Part shown: one piece after another, positions 46,730 to 56,096 of the stretch
Position numbering within the stretch: position 1 is the first letter of the stretch
How the letters are laid out: each line of letters begins with the position of its first letter
Assembly (NCBI GenBank): GCA_030837225.1
Contig: JAUPKX010000011.1
Location: 118-64,117, forward strand
Reading direction: 5' to 3'
DNA: 64,000 nt
Origin: Patescibacteria group bacterium
Lineage (GTDB): Bacteria; Patescibacteriota; Minisyncoccia; Phycocordibacterales; Phycocordibacteraceae
Position numbers and translations under genes: made by a program
Notes under the pieces: generated by a model
Database searches by the model: none
The model's input: the letters and a program-made list of their open reading frames with translations, nothing else
What the model was told of the DNA's origin: nothing

Positions 46730-47068
46730 ATGTGTACCTCTCTGATTAGGACCCCTCCCTCGACTGCGCATGTCATTCTGCCACCTGGCCCAATCTTCTC
46801 GAAGATCGGCCAAACGCGCGTCCTCCGGGCGCTCATCTGGCGGGCCAGCATCTCGCAGTCCGAGTTGGCAACGTTCATCCAGGATTATGGCTTCGGACCC
46901 AACGGAAGGACCGAGCGCTATGACGGAACGAGGGACGACGGCCTGATTGAGCTTGAACGCAGCATACCTGGTATACGAACACACAATGAGTTGTTACAAG
47001 AAGCCTGCGTGTTCGCATTCGAAATGGAAAAGCATTTCGAGCGCATCACGGAAGTATCGGTGCACTGA
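46730..47068 (+). CDS. hypothetical protein (112 aa), uncertain
   Basis: ORF with AAGGA SD; competes with minus-strand ORFs; GC-rich. Confidence 0.3.
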   Translation: MCTSLIRTPPSTAHVILPPGPIFSKIGQTRVLRALIWRASISQSELATFIQDYGFGPNGRTERYDGTRDDGLIELERSIPGIRTHNELLQEACVFAFEMEKHFERITEVSVH

Positions 47069-47139
47069 GCACCAATAGGCCGCCTGGGCGCAGAATGCGT
47101 ACCGGGCGGTTTATCTTTTATACGGTACCATTCCAAACA

Positions 47140-47958
47140 ATGATTCCTTCGTACGTCGTACTCGATAAGAAACTCGGACAGACTCCACTTCAGGCTATAG
47201 ACGCATGGAGACTTGAACACCCTGAACACAAAGATGTCCCAGCAACCTATGCTGGAAGACTAGATCCTATGGCAACTGGGAAACTCCTGGTCTTGCTTGG
47301 CGAGGAATGTAAGAGACAGGAAGCGTATCGCGGACTCGACAAGGAGTATGAGATTGAGATACTTCTCGATTTCCAAACAGACACGGGAGACGTGCTTGGT
47401 ATACCTACCTATGTGAATGCCATTACTCATCCAAGCAAGAGCGACGTCATCCGTGCGGTTCGTGCTGAGACTGGCACCAAGGAAGTGCCCTACCCTGCCT
47501 TCTCCTCAAAGACCGTTAACGGGAAGCCATTATTTATGTATGCGCTAGAAGGGACGCTCGATTCTATTTCCATCCCAACTCACGAAGAGAAGATCTATGC
47601 CATTACGCATGTTGGAATTCGTACGATTGGAATCGATGGCCTACAGAAGAAAATTACCGCTATTCTTTCACATGCACCTCGCACGAATGAACCGTCAAAG
47701 GAGCTTGGCGCCGATTTTAGGCAGGACGAGATAACCTCTCTATGGCAGAGTTCTCTTTCATCACTTGAAAACCGTACATTCATGGTACTTACGCTCACCG
47801 TTACCTGTGCGTCGGGTACCTACATGCGTTCTATCGCACAGCGCATAGGAGAAGCTCTTAACACGCAAGCAGCTGCCCTTTCCATACATAGGACACACGT
47901 AGGCAAGTACCTGAACCTACTGCCTGGTCTTGGAGTGTGGACTAAAACCTACCACTAG
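47140..47958 (+). CDS. truB: tRNA pseudouridine(55) synthase TruB-like
   Basis: Catalytic motif YAGRLDPMATGKLLVLLGE (GxLDPxAxG); start at internal Met. Confidence 0.7.
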   Translation: MIPSYVVLDKKLGQTPLQAIDAWRLEHPEHKDVPATYAGRLDPMATGKLLVLLGEECKRQEAYRGLDKEYEIEILLDFQTDTGDVLGIPTYVNAITHPSKSDVIRAVRAETGTKEVPYPAFSSKTVNGKPLFMYALEGTLDSISIPTHEEKIYAITHVGIRTIGIDGLQKKITAILSHAPRTNEPSKELGADFRQDEITSLWQSSLSSLENRTFMVLTLTVTCASGTYMRSIAQRIGEALNTQAAALSIHRTHVGKYLNLLPGLGVWTKTYH

Positions 47959-48017
47959 TTTGCGTCCTGCACCGATACAGGTATGCTGTTTTCGGACATA
48001 GCCAAGGGGGTACCACA

Positions 48018-48239
48018 GTGGCTCGAGAACGTAATACGAAGAAAATCTCGCTACGCAAGGATCGTCGCAATATCATTCCAAATGCAGCATACGCATTCAG
48101 TGGCTGCCTCATCCGGAAGTTTGATCCAGACGCGGCGGCAGGTTCTGACGAAGTGTGCGTTGAGATAACGATTGAGGTCGTTGACCATGCGCGCGGAATC
48201 GCACGAATCACCGGCCTCATTGATCTTCCCGAGGAGTGA
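48018..48239 (+). CDS. small basic protein (73 aa), GTG start
   Basis: SD AAGGGGG 8 nt upstream of GTG; two hairpin terminators downstream (about 48256-48330). Confidence 0.4.
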   Translation: MARERNTKKISLRKDRRNIIPNAAYAFSGCLIRKFDPDAAAGSDEVCVEITIEVVDHARGIARITGLIDLPEE

Positions 48240-48335
48240 ACACACATGCTCGGAAACAGAAACCGCCCGACTCTCTGTAGTCGGGCGGGCTTTCTATATA
48301 ACAAAGCCCCGGACCGCATTGTCCGGGGCGCTCTA

Positions 48336-48965
48336 TTAGATTTGCGTAATCGTAACGAGATGAAGTGTCGTAGCAGCAAGAAGAATCAGATGCTGTACTT
48401 CTCGAAAACCGAATACTTCTGGCACCGGATTCGGTTTCTTGCAGGAGTAAATGACGAACTGTAAGAAGTAGAGCGCAACACCGACAAGAAATCCTGTCCA
48501 ACCATGGGCAGAAAACATGTGTGGTGCGACACCCGTCATACCCAAGCCACCCAACCCAAGCACAAGGAATAAGATTCCTCGCAACTTCTCCTGATCTGGC
48601 AAAAATAGCCGTACGAAAAGAATCACCATCATAACCGTGCACAGAATCACGACACGCCAGCTCCAAGCCTCCACCGGAAGCGATTGCATCCAGAAGTGGA
48701 CATAGGTAGCCGTTATGAGTACGGCGATCATCAGGTGATCAATCGTCTGGCGAACCGTACAGTGCGGCCGCCAGTGGTACACGCAGCTCGCGAGATACTG
48801 TGCAGTAATAACCACAGGCAACACGTAAGGCGAGACAGGATGAATAACGAGAAAGCCGATGGCTACACCTGCTCCGACAAAATCAATCAAGCTAACAATT
48901 GGGTGCCGCGGAAAGAGTCCGCAGTCATCCTCTCGATGTGCGAACAAGTTCACAGCAACCTCCAT
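48336..48965 (-). CDS. hemolysin-III/PAQR-like membrane protein (7 TM)
   Basis: Seven hydrophobic helices, His-rich loops consistent with HlyIII family. Confidence 0.55.
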   Translation of the reverse strand: MEVAVNLFAHREDDCGLFPRHPIVSLIDFVGAGVAIGFLVIHPVSPYVLPVVITAQYLASCVYHWRPHCTVRQTIDHLMIAVLITATYVHFWMQSLPVEAWSWRVVILCTVMMVILFVRLFLPDQEKLRGILFLVLGLGGLGMTGVAPHMFSAHGWTGFLVGVALYFLQFVIYSCKKPNPVPEVFGFREVQHLILLAATTLHLVTITQI

Positions 48966-49044
48966 TAAGTACTCCGCTGTGAGACTAGCACGTGTGTATA
49001 CATTGTAAAACCGCCCTTTCGGGCGGTTTTACTCGGATGATTAC

Positions 49045-50034
49045 CTACTTAGAAGCCTCTAGAAGTGTGCGCATATGCTCCTCGCTTCGAGCTGCAGCAG
49101 CACGAATGGTTTCCGGTTCGCGTGTAAGTGCAGCGACGGCGTTATCGCTCCAGAACAATACGTACGGCACTCCAGAGGACCTTAGGTCTTCTAGTCCTTC
49201 GTTAAAGTTTTGCTCTCGAGCGAGCCACGCGTCACGGTACGGAGCTGGAAGAGAGGCTGAAAGCGTCCTATCAAGGAGCCTACTTGTTGCTGATTCCTTA
49301 AGATCTTTTGATCGGTTGGGAAGGACCACTATATGAGTGGGATCGTACTCATCAACAATGTCTTTGACCGGAAAATAAGCACCTGCGGACGCGTCTCCAT
49401 ATCGCGTATCACCAATATAAATCGGCTTCGTATACATGGGTCCTGCTGCAGATGAGGCTTGGATCGCATCAATAGTCTCAGTATTTTTTCCGTCGACGAG
49501 TACGCTCTTGCCTGTGTAATACTCCGTTAACGCAATACGGAAATCTGGATGAGCTGCACGTATGCGCTCAATATCAAGTACCTTATTGCTCGTCTCCCCA
49601 CGATAAACCTGACTGAGATACTCGACATCCATGCCGTGGCCGTCCGGAATGCGTTTCAAGTCTATAAAGTTCTTGCTGGCACACTCTTCAGAAAAGATCG
49701 TCGTGCCGAGCCGTGGATCACCCGCAAGAAGCCACGCCGCAACATGCGCGCCAGTCGAGCCTCCGACGACCACATTAAAGCCGTTGGTGAGTCCGGATTC
49801 GCCTAAAGCGGTTACCTGGCCCCCGCTTGTCACACCTCGTATTCCTCCAGGGAGAATGAACAAGGCAATGCGCACATTCGGATCTTCTTCTCCTTGTCGT
49901 ACGTTCTCAGCCTGCTTCGCAAGAATACTGAGAATCATTGGGTCGCCTTCTACCTCGATGCGTCCGTCACGCTCAGGACTATACGTTCGTTCTTTGCTAT
50001 CAGTACTTTTAAGGTGCCCTGGACGCTCAATCAT
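49045..50034 (-). CDS. patatin-like phospholipase
   Basis: Oxyanion motif LPGGIRG and catalytic GGSTG (GxSxG). Confidence 0.7.
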   Translation of the reverse strand: MIERPGHLKSTDSKERTYSPERDGRIEVEGDPMILSILAKQAENVRQGEEDPNVRIALFILPGGIRGVTSGGQVTALGESGLTNGFNVVVGGSTGAHVAAWLLAGDPRLGTTIFSEECASKNFIDLKRIPDGHGMDVEYLSQVYRGETSNKVLDIERIRAAHPDFRIALTEYYTGKSVLVDGKNTETIDAIQASSAAGPMYTKPIYIGDTRYGDASAGAYFPVKDIVDEYDPTHIVVLPNRSKDLKESATSRLLDRTLSASLPAPYRDAWLAREQNFNEGLEDLRSSGVPYVLFWSDNAVAALTREPETIRAAAARSEEHMRTLLEASK

Positions 50035-50113
50035 GAGAACAGTATACAGCAGCCTTTTATTACTCCTTATATACGAAACAAATCAGCACGTTAATGCTGA
50101 TTTGCTTCATTTG

Positions 50114-50185
50114 TGACCTCACGGGGAATCGAACCCCGATTTGATCCGTGAGAGGGATCTGTCCTAACCGTTAGACGATGAGGCC
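50114..50185 (-). tRNA. tRNA-Glu (anticodon CTC)
   Basis: Hand-folded reverse complement GGCCTCA-TC-GTCT-AACGGTTA-GGAC-A-GATCC-CTCTCAC-GGATC-AAAT-CGGGG-TTCGATT-CCCCG-TGAGGTC-A; hairpin terminator at about 50068-50095. Confidence 0.85.
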
Positions 50186-50224
50186 GTCCTGACTTTTATA
50201 CCAGATTCAGGATTAGGACGCCAC

Positions 50225-51508
50225 CTAGCGAGCCTTCCATTCGCTCTCCTGGCGCACCAAGCGGCTTCTATCCTCAGGGTTTCTAAGGAGCCGCTCTGCA
50301 ATACGTTCAGTACGAATACTCTGAGAACCCTTAACAAGAATAACGTCTCCCTCCTGCACAATTGTCTCAAGTACTGCAGCGGCTTCTAACGAGGTGTCGT
50401 ACGCGAAGACCTGGTCTTCCTTCATGCCAGCAGCCCGTGCCGCGCTTGCCGTTGCGCGAGAGCGCACACCAACGGCAATGAGAATATCTACTCGTGAAGC
50501 AGCGAGCGACCCAATCTGCTCATGCTCCCTTGCGGAGTATCGGCCAAGTTCAAGCATGTCGCCGAGCACTGCAATACGGCGTCCGTTAGAAGAAAGGAGC
50601 TGGAGCGCAGAAAGCGCTTCTTCTACTGCTGCGGGAGATGCATTGTATGAATCGTCTATGAGATACGAACCGTTTTTGCCAAGAATAACTCTGCCTCTAC
50701 CTGCAGGCGCGATATACTCCTCGGTACCTCGCAGTGCCATAGCAACCGTCGTATCAAGCGCGAGCGCACAGGCAATTGCTGCCGCTGGTGCATACAGTTG
50801 ACTCTTTCCCAGTGCTCCCTTAACGCGCAGGGTATGGCTCACACCCTTAACATTAAGCTCGGCCTCCATACCGCACTCGCTTCCCTCCTCATAGAACGAG
50901 TACCCTTCAAGCCGGATGTCGCTTCCCTCAGAAAACCCGAACGTAGTTATGCTCGCAGAAAGTCGGGATGCCATGGTTACGGCATTTGGATCGTCTGCAG
51001 AGATAATAAGGGGCGCTCCATGTGAAAGTGCATACGCTGGAGCAAACTCCTCGTCCCGCACTGCCTGCGGACTCGCATATGCCTCAACGTGTACTGGCAC
51101 GTCCGGAAGCCTCGTGACGATAACCGCATCAGGCTTCACAAAGCGAAGGATACGAGCAAGGTCTCCAGGCCTGTCCGCTCCCACCTCTAGTACCAAAAGT
51201 TTCGGATAGTGAGTCGGGAGAAGAATTAGCCCGAGGGCGTCCTTGAATACGCGAAGCCACGCGATTGGATTCTCCCAAGGGTTCTTCGCGCCAATGATTG
51301 TGAGTGGGACGCCAAACTCGCTGTTATAACTCTTCTCGCTTGCTCGCAGATGATAGCGAGATGCGAGCACCGCTGCAGCGGCATCCTTCGTTGAGGTCTT
51401 GCCGACACTACCCGTCACCATAACAATGAGGGGTCGGTACTTCTCAATGATTGCCTTAGCGAGAAGCGCAAGACACTGGGCGACAATCGCTTTCAAGATG
51501 GATTTCAT
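50225..51508 (-). CDS. murF: Mur ligase, probably UDP-MurNAc-tripeptide--D-Ala-D-Ala ligase
   Basis: P-loop VTGSVGKTSTK, Mur ligase middle/C domains; position after ftsI. Confidence 0.65.
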   Translation of the reverse strand: MKSILKAIVAQCLALLAKAIIEKYRPLIVMVTGSVGKTSTKDAAAAVLASRYHLRASEKSYNSEFGVPLTIIGAKNPWENPIAWLRVFKDALGLILLPTHYPKLLVLEVGADRPGDLARILRFVKPDAVIVTRLPDVPVHVEAYASPQAVRDEEFAPAYALSHGAPLIISADDPNAVTMASRLSASITTFGFSEGSDIRLEGYSFYEEGSECGMEAELNVKGVSHTLRVKGALGKSQLYAPAAAIACALALDTTVAMALRGTEEYIAPAGRGRVILGKNGSYLIDDSYNASPAAVEEALSALQLLSSNGRRIAVLGDMLELGRYSAREHEQIGSLAASRVDILIAVGVRSRATASAARAAGMKEDQVFAYDTSLEAAAVLETIVQEGDVILVKGSQSIRTERIAERLLRNPEDRSRLVRQESEWKAR

Positions 51509-53238
51509 AGACTGGTCGGATAATCTGCCCTATCCGGAGGGATCTCGTAATAATTGATTAAAAAGTGTGTCAGATCCATGAAGGGGTGGGTGAGGGTCTC
51601 AGAGGCGTACTGTACGCCCCCAGGCTCCCGGGTGTAAAGCAGGATGATGAATTTAGGGTCATACGCTGGGAAATAACCAAAGAATGAGTGGAAGTACTTC
51701 CCTTCAGAGTACTTTCCCCCAGGGCCCGCTATCTGAGCGGTACCCGTCTTTGCGGCCACACTCATCTCAGGAATCTTCACTGCTCCTCCCGCAAGCTTCT
51801 TGTCTACCACCTCAACGAGCATACGGGTGGTGCCTTCTGCGGCTGCGGCACTGAAGACTCGTTCTGGCATTCCCCAAGAGAGCTGCTTCTCGAGTCCGTT
51901 CTCAAGCCTAATGCTTTGTACCAAGTGCGGTGTTACCACTTGCCCTTCATTTGCGAGGGCGCCCAGTGCACGAATCATCTGCACTGGTGTCTGCGCGATT
52001 CCCTGTCCGTAGGACGCCGTTGCATACTCGATGTCACGCGGACTCGTTTCGATGTTCCCAAGGTCCCCCTTAATCTCGCTCGGCAGATCAATGCCAGTCT
52101 CGGTTGCCATACCGAGATCCTTGAAGTACCCGCGGAACTTCTCGTGCCCTACCTGAAGCGCAACATACGACGCACCCATATTCAGAGACTGAGACAGAAT
52201 CTGCTGCATGGGCGTAATACCGCGCGCCTTCAAGTCATAGTTGCAGAACGTCTTGTTATTTAAAGTAGTACACCCAGTATCGTTATAAGTCGAAGTAGGT
52301 GTGATAACTCCTGAGTCGAGACCTGCTGCCATAGTGAGGGCCTTTACGATCGACCCGAACTCGTACCGATGCTCAACAAGTGGATTTCCAAAGTGTGCAG
52401 GGTCTCCATTGGCGAAATCATTCGCATCAAATGAGGGGGCGGTATCAAGCGCGATGATGGCGCCGGTCTTTGGGTCCATGATAATACCTCCTGTCTCGTA
52501 GCTGCCGTACTGTGCATTCACTTCTGCGAGAATCTGGTCGAGCTTCTCCTGCACCACCGGTTCAATCGACGTGATAAGATCCCCTTCACGGGTCGCGCGT
52601 GCGTCAACGGTAACACTATTAATGTTGGCGAAGAGTTCCGCAAAGAAGTTGCCGAAGACGCCCACTGACTCACGCGAGAGCGCATCGTTGTAGTAGCGCT
52701 CGAGACCGAACCGTCCGGCAAGGGTATCATCGTCATCAAACGCAACAAACCCGATAGACTGTGCCGCGCGAGTTTCTCCTGGGTATGCACGCCATCGTTC
52801 CCGTTCTACCTGGATACCTTTGAGTCCGAGTGCTTCTATGGCGCGGCCTGCGTCTTCTTCAACACGCTTTGCAACAACCTCATACGGGTCTTCTTTTCGC
52901 GCCACCGACGCAAAGAAGGCCTCCCTCTCAACGGGAACCAAGGCAGAAATTGCTGTGTAGGTAGCCTCAGGATCCTCTACAAGCTTCGGACTCATGGCAA
53001 TCGTGAAGCCATTCCTGAGTGTCGCTGCAGAGAGCACCGTTCCGTCTTTGCGGGTGAAGTAGATGGTTCCTCGGTCATACAGCTCCTGGCTTGCTGATAC
53101 GTACTGTCGCTCAGCACGGAGCGCAAACTCGTTGCCGTGCACTACCTGTACAAAATAAAGCCGCGTTATGAGAAGTAACGCGACACACGCGAGACCCAGG
53201 GTTAGTATGCGAAGTCTCGTACGAATCGCCCGGCGCAT
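51505..53238 (-). CDS. ftsI: class B penicillin-binding protein (FtsI-like transpeptidase)
   Basis: N-terminal TM, PBP dimerisation domain, SxxK (SIVK), SxN, KTG(T) motifs. Confidence 0.85.
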   Translation of the reverse strand: MRRAIRTRLRILTLGLACVALLLITRLYFVQVVHGNEFALRAERQYVSASQELYDRGTIYFTRKDGTVLSAATLRNGFTIAMSPKLVEDPEATYTAISALVPVEREAFFASVARKEDPYEVVAKRVEEDAGRAIEALGLKGIQVERERWRAYPGETRAAQSIGFVAFDDDDTLAGRFGLERYYNDALSRESVGVFGNFFAELFANINSVTVDARATREGDLITSIEPVVQEKLDQILAEVNAQYGSYETGGIIMDPKTGAIIALDTAPSFDANDFANGDPAHFGNPLVEHRYEFGSIVKALTMAAGLDSGVITPTSTYNDTGCTTLNNKTFCNYDLKARGITPMQQILSQSLNMGASYVALQVGHEKFRGYFKDLGMATETGIDLPSEIKGDLGNIETSPRDIEYATASYGQGIAQTPVQMIRALGALANEGQVVTPHLVQSIRLENGLEKQLSWGMPERVFSAAAAEGTTRMLVEVVDKKLAGGAVKIPEMSVAAKTGTAQIAGPGGKYSEGKYFHSFFGYFPAYDPKFIILLYTREPGGVQYASETLTHPFMDLTHFLINYYEIPPDRADYPTSL

Positions 53239-53241
53239 AGA

Positions 53242-53520
53242 TTAACGAAGCGTAACGGAAGGAGCGGTCTGCGTGGTTGCATACATGACGCGCGTAGGCG
53301 CCACAAGTCCGAGTGCAGCCGGATCGGTCTGATCGATATGTGCCACCATATCGTAGTAACGGCTCTCAAGGCGAGCGATGTCCGCTTCAGTCTCATGCAC
53401 CTCCATGGCGAGGTTGGTCTGCCACGCTGCCATAGACACCGTAACGACGACGAGGGCGAGATACCCGGCGATGAGGGCGCCACAGGCATATCCGAGAATT
53501 GAAACGGTTCGATCAGGCAT
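53242..53520 (-). CDS. ftsL: FtsL-like cell division protein
   Basis: Small bitopic protein with coiled-coil, between rsmH and ftsI. Confidence 0.5.
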   Translation of the reverse strand: MPDRTVSILGYACGALIAGYLALVVVTVSMAAWQTNLAMEVHETEADIARLESRYYDMVAHIDQTDPAALGLVAPTRVMYATTQTAPSVTLR

Positions 53521-54475
53521 ACGCAGGAAATGAGGTTAAGTTAATGCGGTTCTTAACGGCAGGAGGGCCTGACGTATAGAGCCTGAGCTTCGCACTACGC
53601 GCACGGGGGTTCTTCGTATTTTCTTCAGCTGATGGAACGATTGGCTTCCTTTGAACGAGAGTTCCTTTCCCAGCTTCCATAGCGTCACGGAGCATCACCT
53701 TTACGATGCGATCCTCGATGCTATGGAAACTGATAACGGCGATACGTCCTCCGGCAGGCACTCGTTCAATTGCCGCAGCCAAACCGTCACGAAGCGCACC
53801 AAGCTCGTCGTTCGCGGCAATACGGAGTGCCTGGAACGTTTTGGTTGCTGGATGGATGCGGCGATGCTGGTACCACGATGGCGTTCCCTCGCCAATTGCT
53901 TCTACAAGCTGCGTAGTGGTCTCAATTGGTGCATTCTCGCGCTGCAGAACAACAGACTTTGCAATTGACTTCGCAAAGCGCTCTTCGCCAAGCGACCAGA
54001 GAAGATCTGCAAGCGAGCTCTCAGAAAGATGATTCACGAGGTCTCCGGCCGTTGTGCTCTCGCCAGGGTCTCCGTACGTCATGAGAAGCGGCTCGTCGAC
54101 TTTGAACGAGAAGCCACGGCCACTTGTGAGATGGAAGGCGCTCCAGCCAAGATCGAACATAACTTTCGTTGGCGTAAGGCCCTCGGCATCAAGGAGCGTT
54201 CCAAGGTCGCGGAAGTTGCCGTTAATGAGACGTACCGTAGGACGCTCTGCTGCTGGAATCTCGTCGACAACCTTTTGTGCGCGTTCAAGCGCGTCAGCGT
54301 CAGCGTCGATACCCACCAGCACACCCTTGGGACCAAGCTTCTTGAGCGCCTCACGGAAATGTCCTGCTCCGCCAAGTGTCGCGTCGACAACCACGTCGTC
54401 GGCTTTAATTTCAAGACCGTCTACCGTCTCGTGAAGGAGAACGGTTTCGTGTCGAAGTGTGAGGTCGTTCTCCAT
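53513..54475 (-). CDS. rsmH: 16S rRNA (cytosine1402-N4)-methyltransferase
   Basis: SAM-binding DATLGGAGH; start at internal Met MENDLTLRHETVLLHETV. Confidence 0.85.
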   Translation of the reverse strand: MENDLTLRHETVLLHETVDGLEIKADDVVVDATLGGAGHFREALKKLGPKGVLVGIDADADALERAQKVVDEIPAAERPTVRLINGNFRDLGTLLDAEGLTPTKVMFDLGWSAFHLTSGRGFSFKVDEPLLMTYGDPGESTTAGDLVNHLSESSLADLLWSLGEERFAKSIAKSVVLQRENAPIETTTQLVEAIGEGTPSWYQHRRIHPATKTFQALRIAANDELGALRDGLAAAIERVPAGGRIAVISFHSIEDRIVKVMLRDAMEAGKGTLVQRKPIVPSAEENTKNPRARSAKLRLYTSGPPAVKNRINLTSFPAYA

Positions 54476-54479
54476 ATGA

Positions 54480-54914
54480 TTATGCGAGCGCCCGAGCGCC
54501 GAGTGTCTCTGCGAAGGAATCAGCATCGCGCTCAATATCCTTCGTGTATGCCTCCCATGCGGTCTCGTCCCAAAGCTCAACACGATCTGAGACGCCGGCA
54601 ACCACACACTTCCCTGAAAGCACGGCGTACGACTTCAAATAGTCAGGAACGAGGATGCGGCCTGCAGAATCGACATCCGCTTCGTTTGCGCCTGCAAGCA
54701 TGAGGCGTGCGAACGCGCGTCCCGCTTGGCCACCTGAGGAATGAGCGGCAAACTTCTGCGCCTCCTTCTTCCATGCTGCCTTTGGATACACAAAGAGACA
54801 GTGGTCGAGACCACGCGTCACAATGACCGAAGAACCGAGCTCCTTGCGGAACTTTGCTGGAAGCGAGAGTCGATTCTTCGCATCAAGGGTGTGACGGTAT
54901 TCTCCGATGAACAT
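54480..54914 (-). CDS. mraZ: transcriptional regulator MraZ
   Basis: N-terminus MFIGEYRHTLDAKNRLSLPAKFR (MraZ DxxxR motifs); start at internal Met of ORF ..55001. Confidence 0.85.
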   Translation of the reverse strand: MFIGEYRHTLDAKNRLSLPAKFRKELGSSVIVTRGLDHCLFVYPKAAWKKEAQKFAAHSSGGQAGRAFARLMLAGANEADVDSAGRILVPDYLKSYAVLSGKCVVAGVSDRVELWDETAWEAYTKDIERDADSFAETLGARALA

Positions 54915-54955
54915 AGTAAGAAGGTTTTTCGCGAGATTGATGAAGGGACAGGGCT

Positions 54956-55001
54956 CCCACTTCATCCCACTTATATGCCAGTATATGCCACTTTCACCCA
55001 C
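54956..55001 (-). promoter_or_regulatory. MraZ-box-like direct repeats: GTGGG-N5-GTGGC ... GTGGG-N5-GTGGG (mraZ strand)
   Basis: Four GTGG(G/C) pentamers in two pairs with 5-nt spacers, 42-87 nt upstream of mraZ start. Confidence 0.5.
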
Positions 55002-55498
55002 TTAGTTCATGGTTCCTACAGAAAGTTGTGTATAACCCTGAGTTGCGTGATTCCTCTCATGAGCTATGCTTGCCCTACTGTGACTCAAGCAATAAACCAG
55101 GTGTTGACCTTCGTCTACATTTACTTCGGCCTCATTAAGATGGTCGGGGTTTCGCTTGAGGTTTCTCCAAGGAAGTAGGAAAGAAACTTGAATCGAGCCC
55201 CCGACCGGAAACGGACGGGGGCTCGATCGCTTTTATAGGCGATACTGCCCTTTCACATCTAGCGCTTGAGGAAGCACGATGACCGAAACACCGAACACTG
55301 GACCACGCTCTCTCATGAGCTCATCACCTTATCTCCCGCGGCCATATGCGAGCGCCAATGACGAATGTACCGCTACGTCGGCCCAGACGATTCCCGAAGT
55401 CTCCGACCCCGATGTTGAGCGGCGCCGTCAAATCGTCCAGGAACGCATGGACAATCTGGCCGACACGCCCGGTGCGGGTCGCTAGCTCTCAGCGTGCA

Positions 55499-55534
55499 GA
55501 TATCGAAAGCCCCCGCAGCGATGCGGGGGCTTTT
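55499..55534. terminator. Hairpin AAAGCCCCCGCAGCGATGCGGGGGCTTTTT (likely bidirectional, ends greA transcript)
   Basis: Perfect GC stem with flanking A/T tracts. Confidence 0.55.
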
Positions 55535-55548
55535 TGCTATCGACTCGC

Positions 55549-56019
55549 TTACGCGACCTTCTCAACCATATAGGTCTGCTTTCCGTTCGGTGTCTCGAAC
55601 GTAAAGACATCTCCCTTCTTCTTGCCCATGAGTGCAGCGCCAAGCGGCGAAACATGAGAGAGTTTGTGGATACGCATGTCCGCCTCTTCAGAGCCCACGA
55701 TAGTGTACTCGTGTGCGTCACCCGAACCTTCCTTCTTGATGGTTACGGTTGAACTAAACCCAACGACATCCTTCTTCTTGCCGTCGGTGACAATCTTCGC
55801 ACGCTTAACGAGCTCCTCGAGCTTTCGAATACGCTCCTCAGTTGCCGCCTGGAGCTCACGTGCCTCCTGGTACTCTGCGTTCTCAGACAAGTCGCCAAGC
55901 GAGCGAGCGTACTCAAGATTCTCCGCAATCTCAGTGCGGCGGACGGTCTTTAAATTCTCGAGCTCCTTAATCATCTCGTCGAATTTCTCCTGGCTTACGA
56001 CAGTATCCTGATCGGTCAT
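55549..56019 (-). CDS. greA: transcription elongation factor GreA
   Basis: N-terminal coiled-coil + C-terminal FKBP-like domain; 156 aa. Confidence 0.85.
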   Translation of the reverse strand: MTDQDTVVSQEKFDEMIKELENLKTVRRTEIAENLEYARSLGDLSENAEYQEARELQAATEERIRKLEELVKRAKIVTDGKKKDVVGFSSTVTIKKEGSGDAHEYTIVGSEEADMRIHKLSHVSPLGAALMGKKKGDVFTFETPNGKQTYMVEKVA

Positions 56020-56096
56020 GTGCTATGTGAATGAATTGTGAGAACGCTAGTTGGTGTAGGTATTGTACGGGCTCCCTTTCTGACGTCAAATACCCT

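Noticed and set aside
55279-55485. 68-aa GC-rich ORF as a real gene
   Set aside because: No SD, odd composition, overlaps competing frames; left as doubtful (mentioned only in a low-interest finding)
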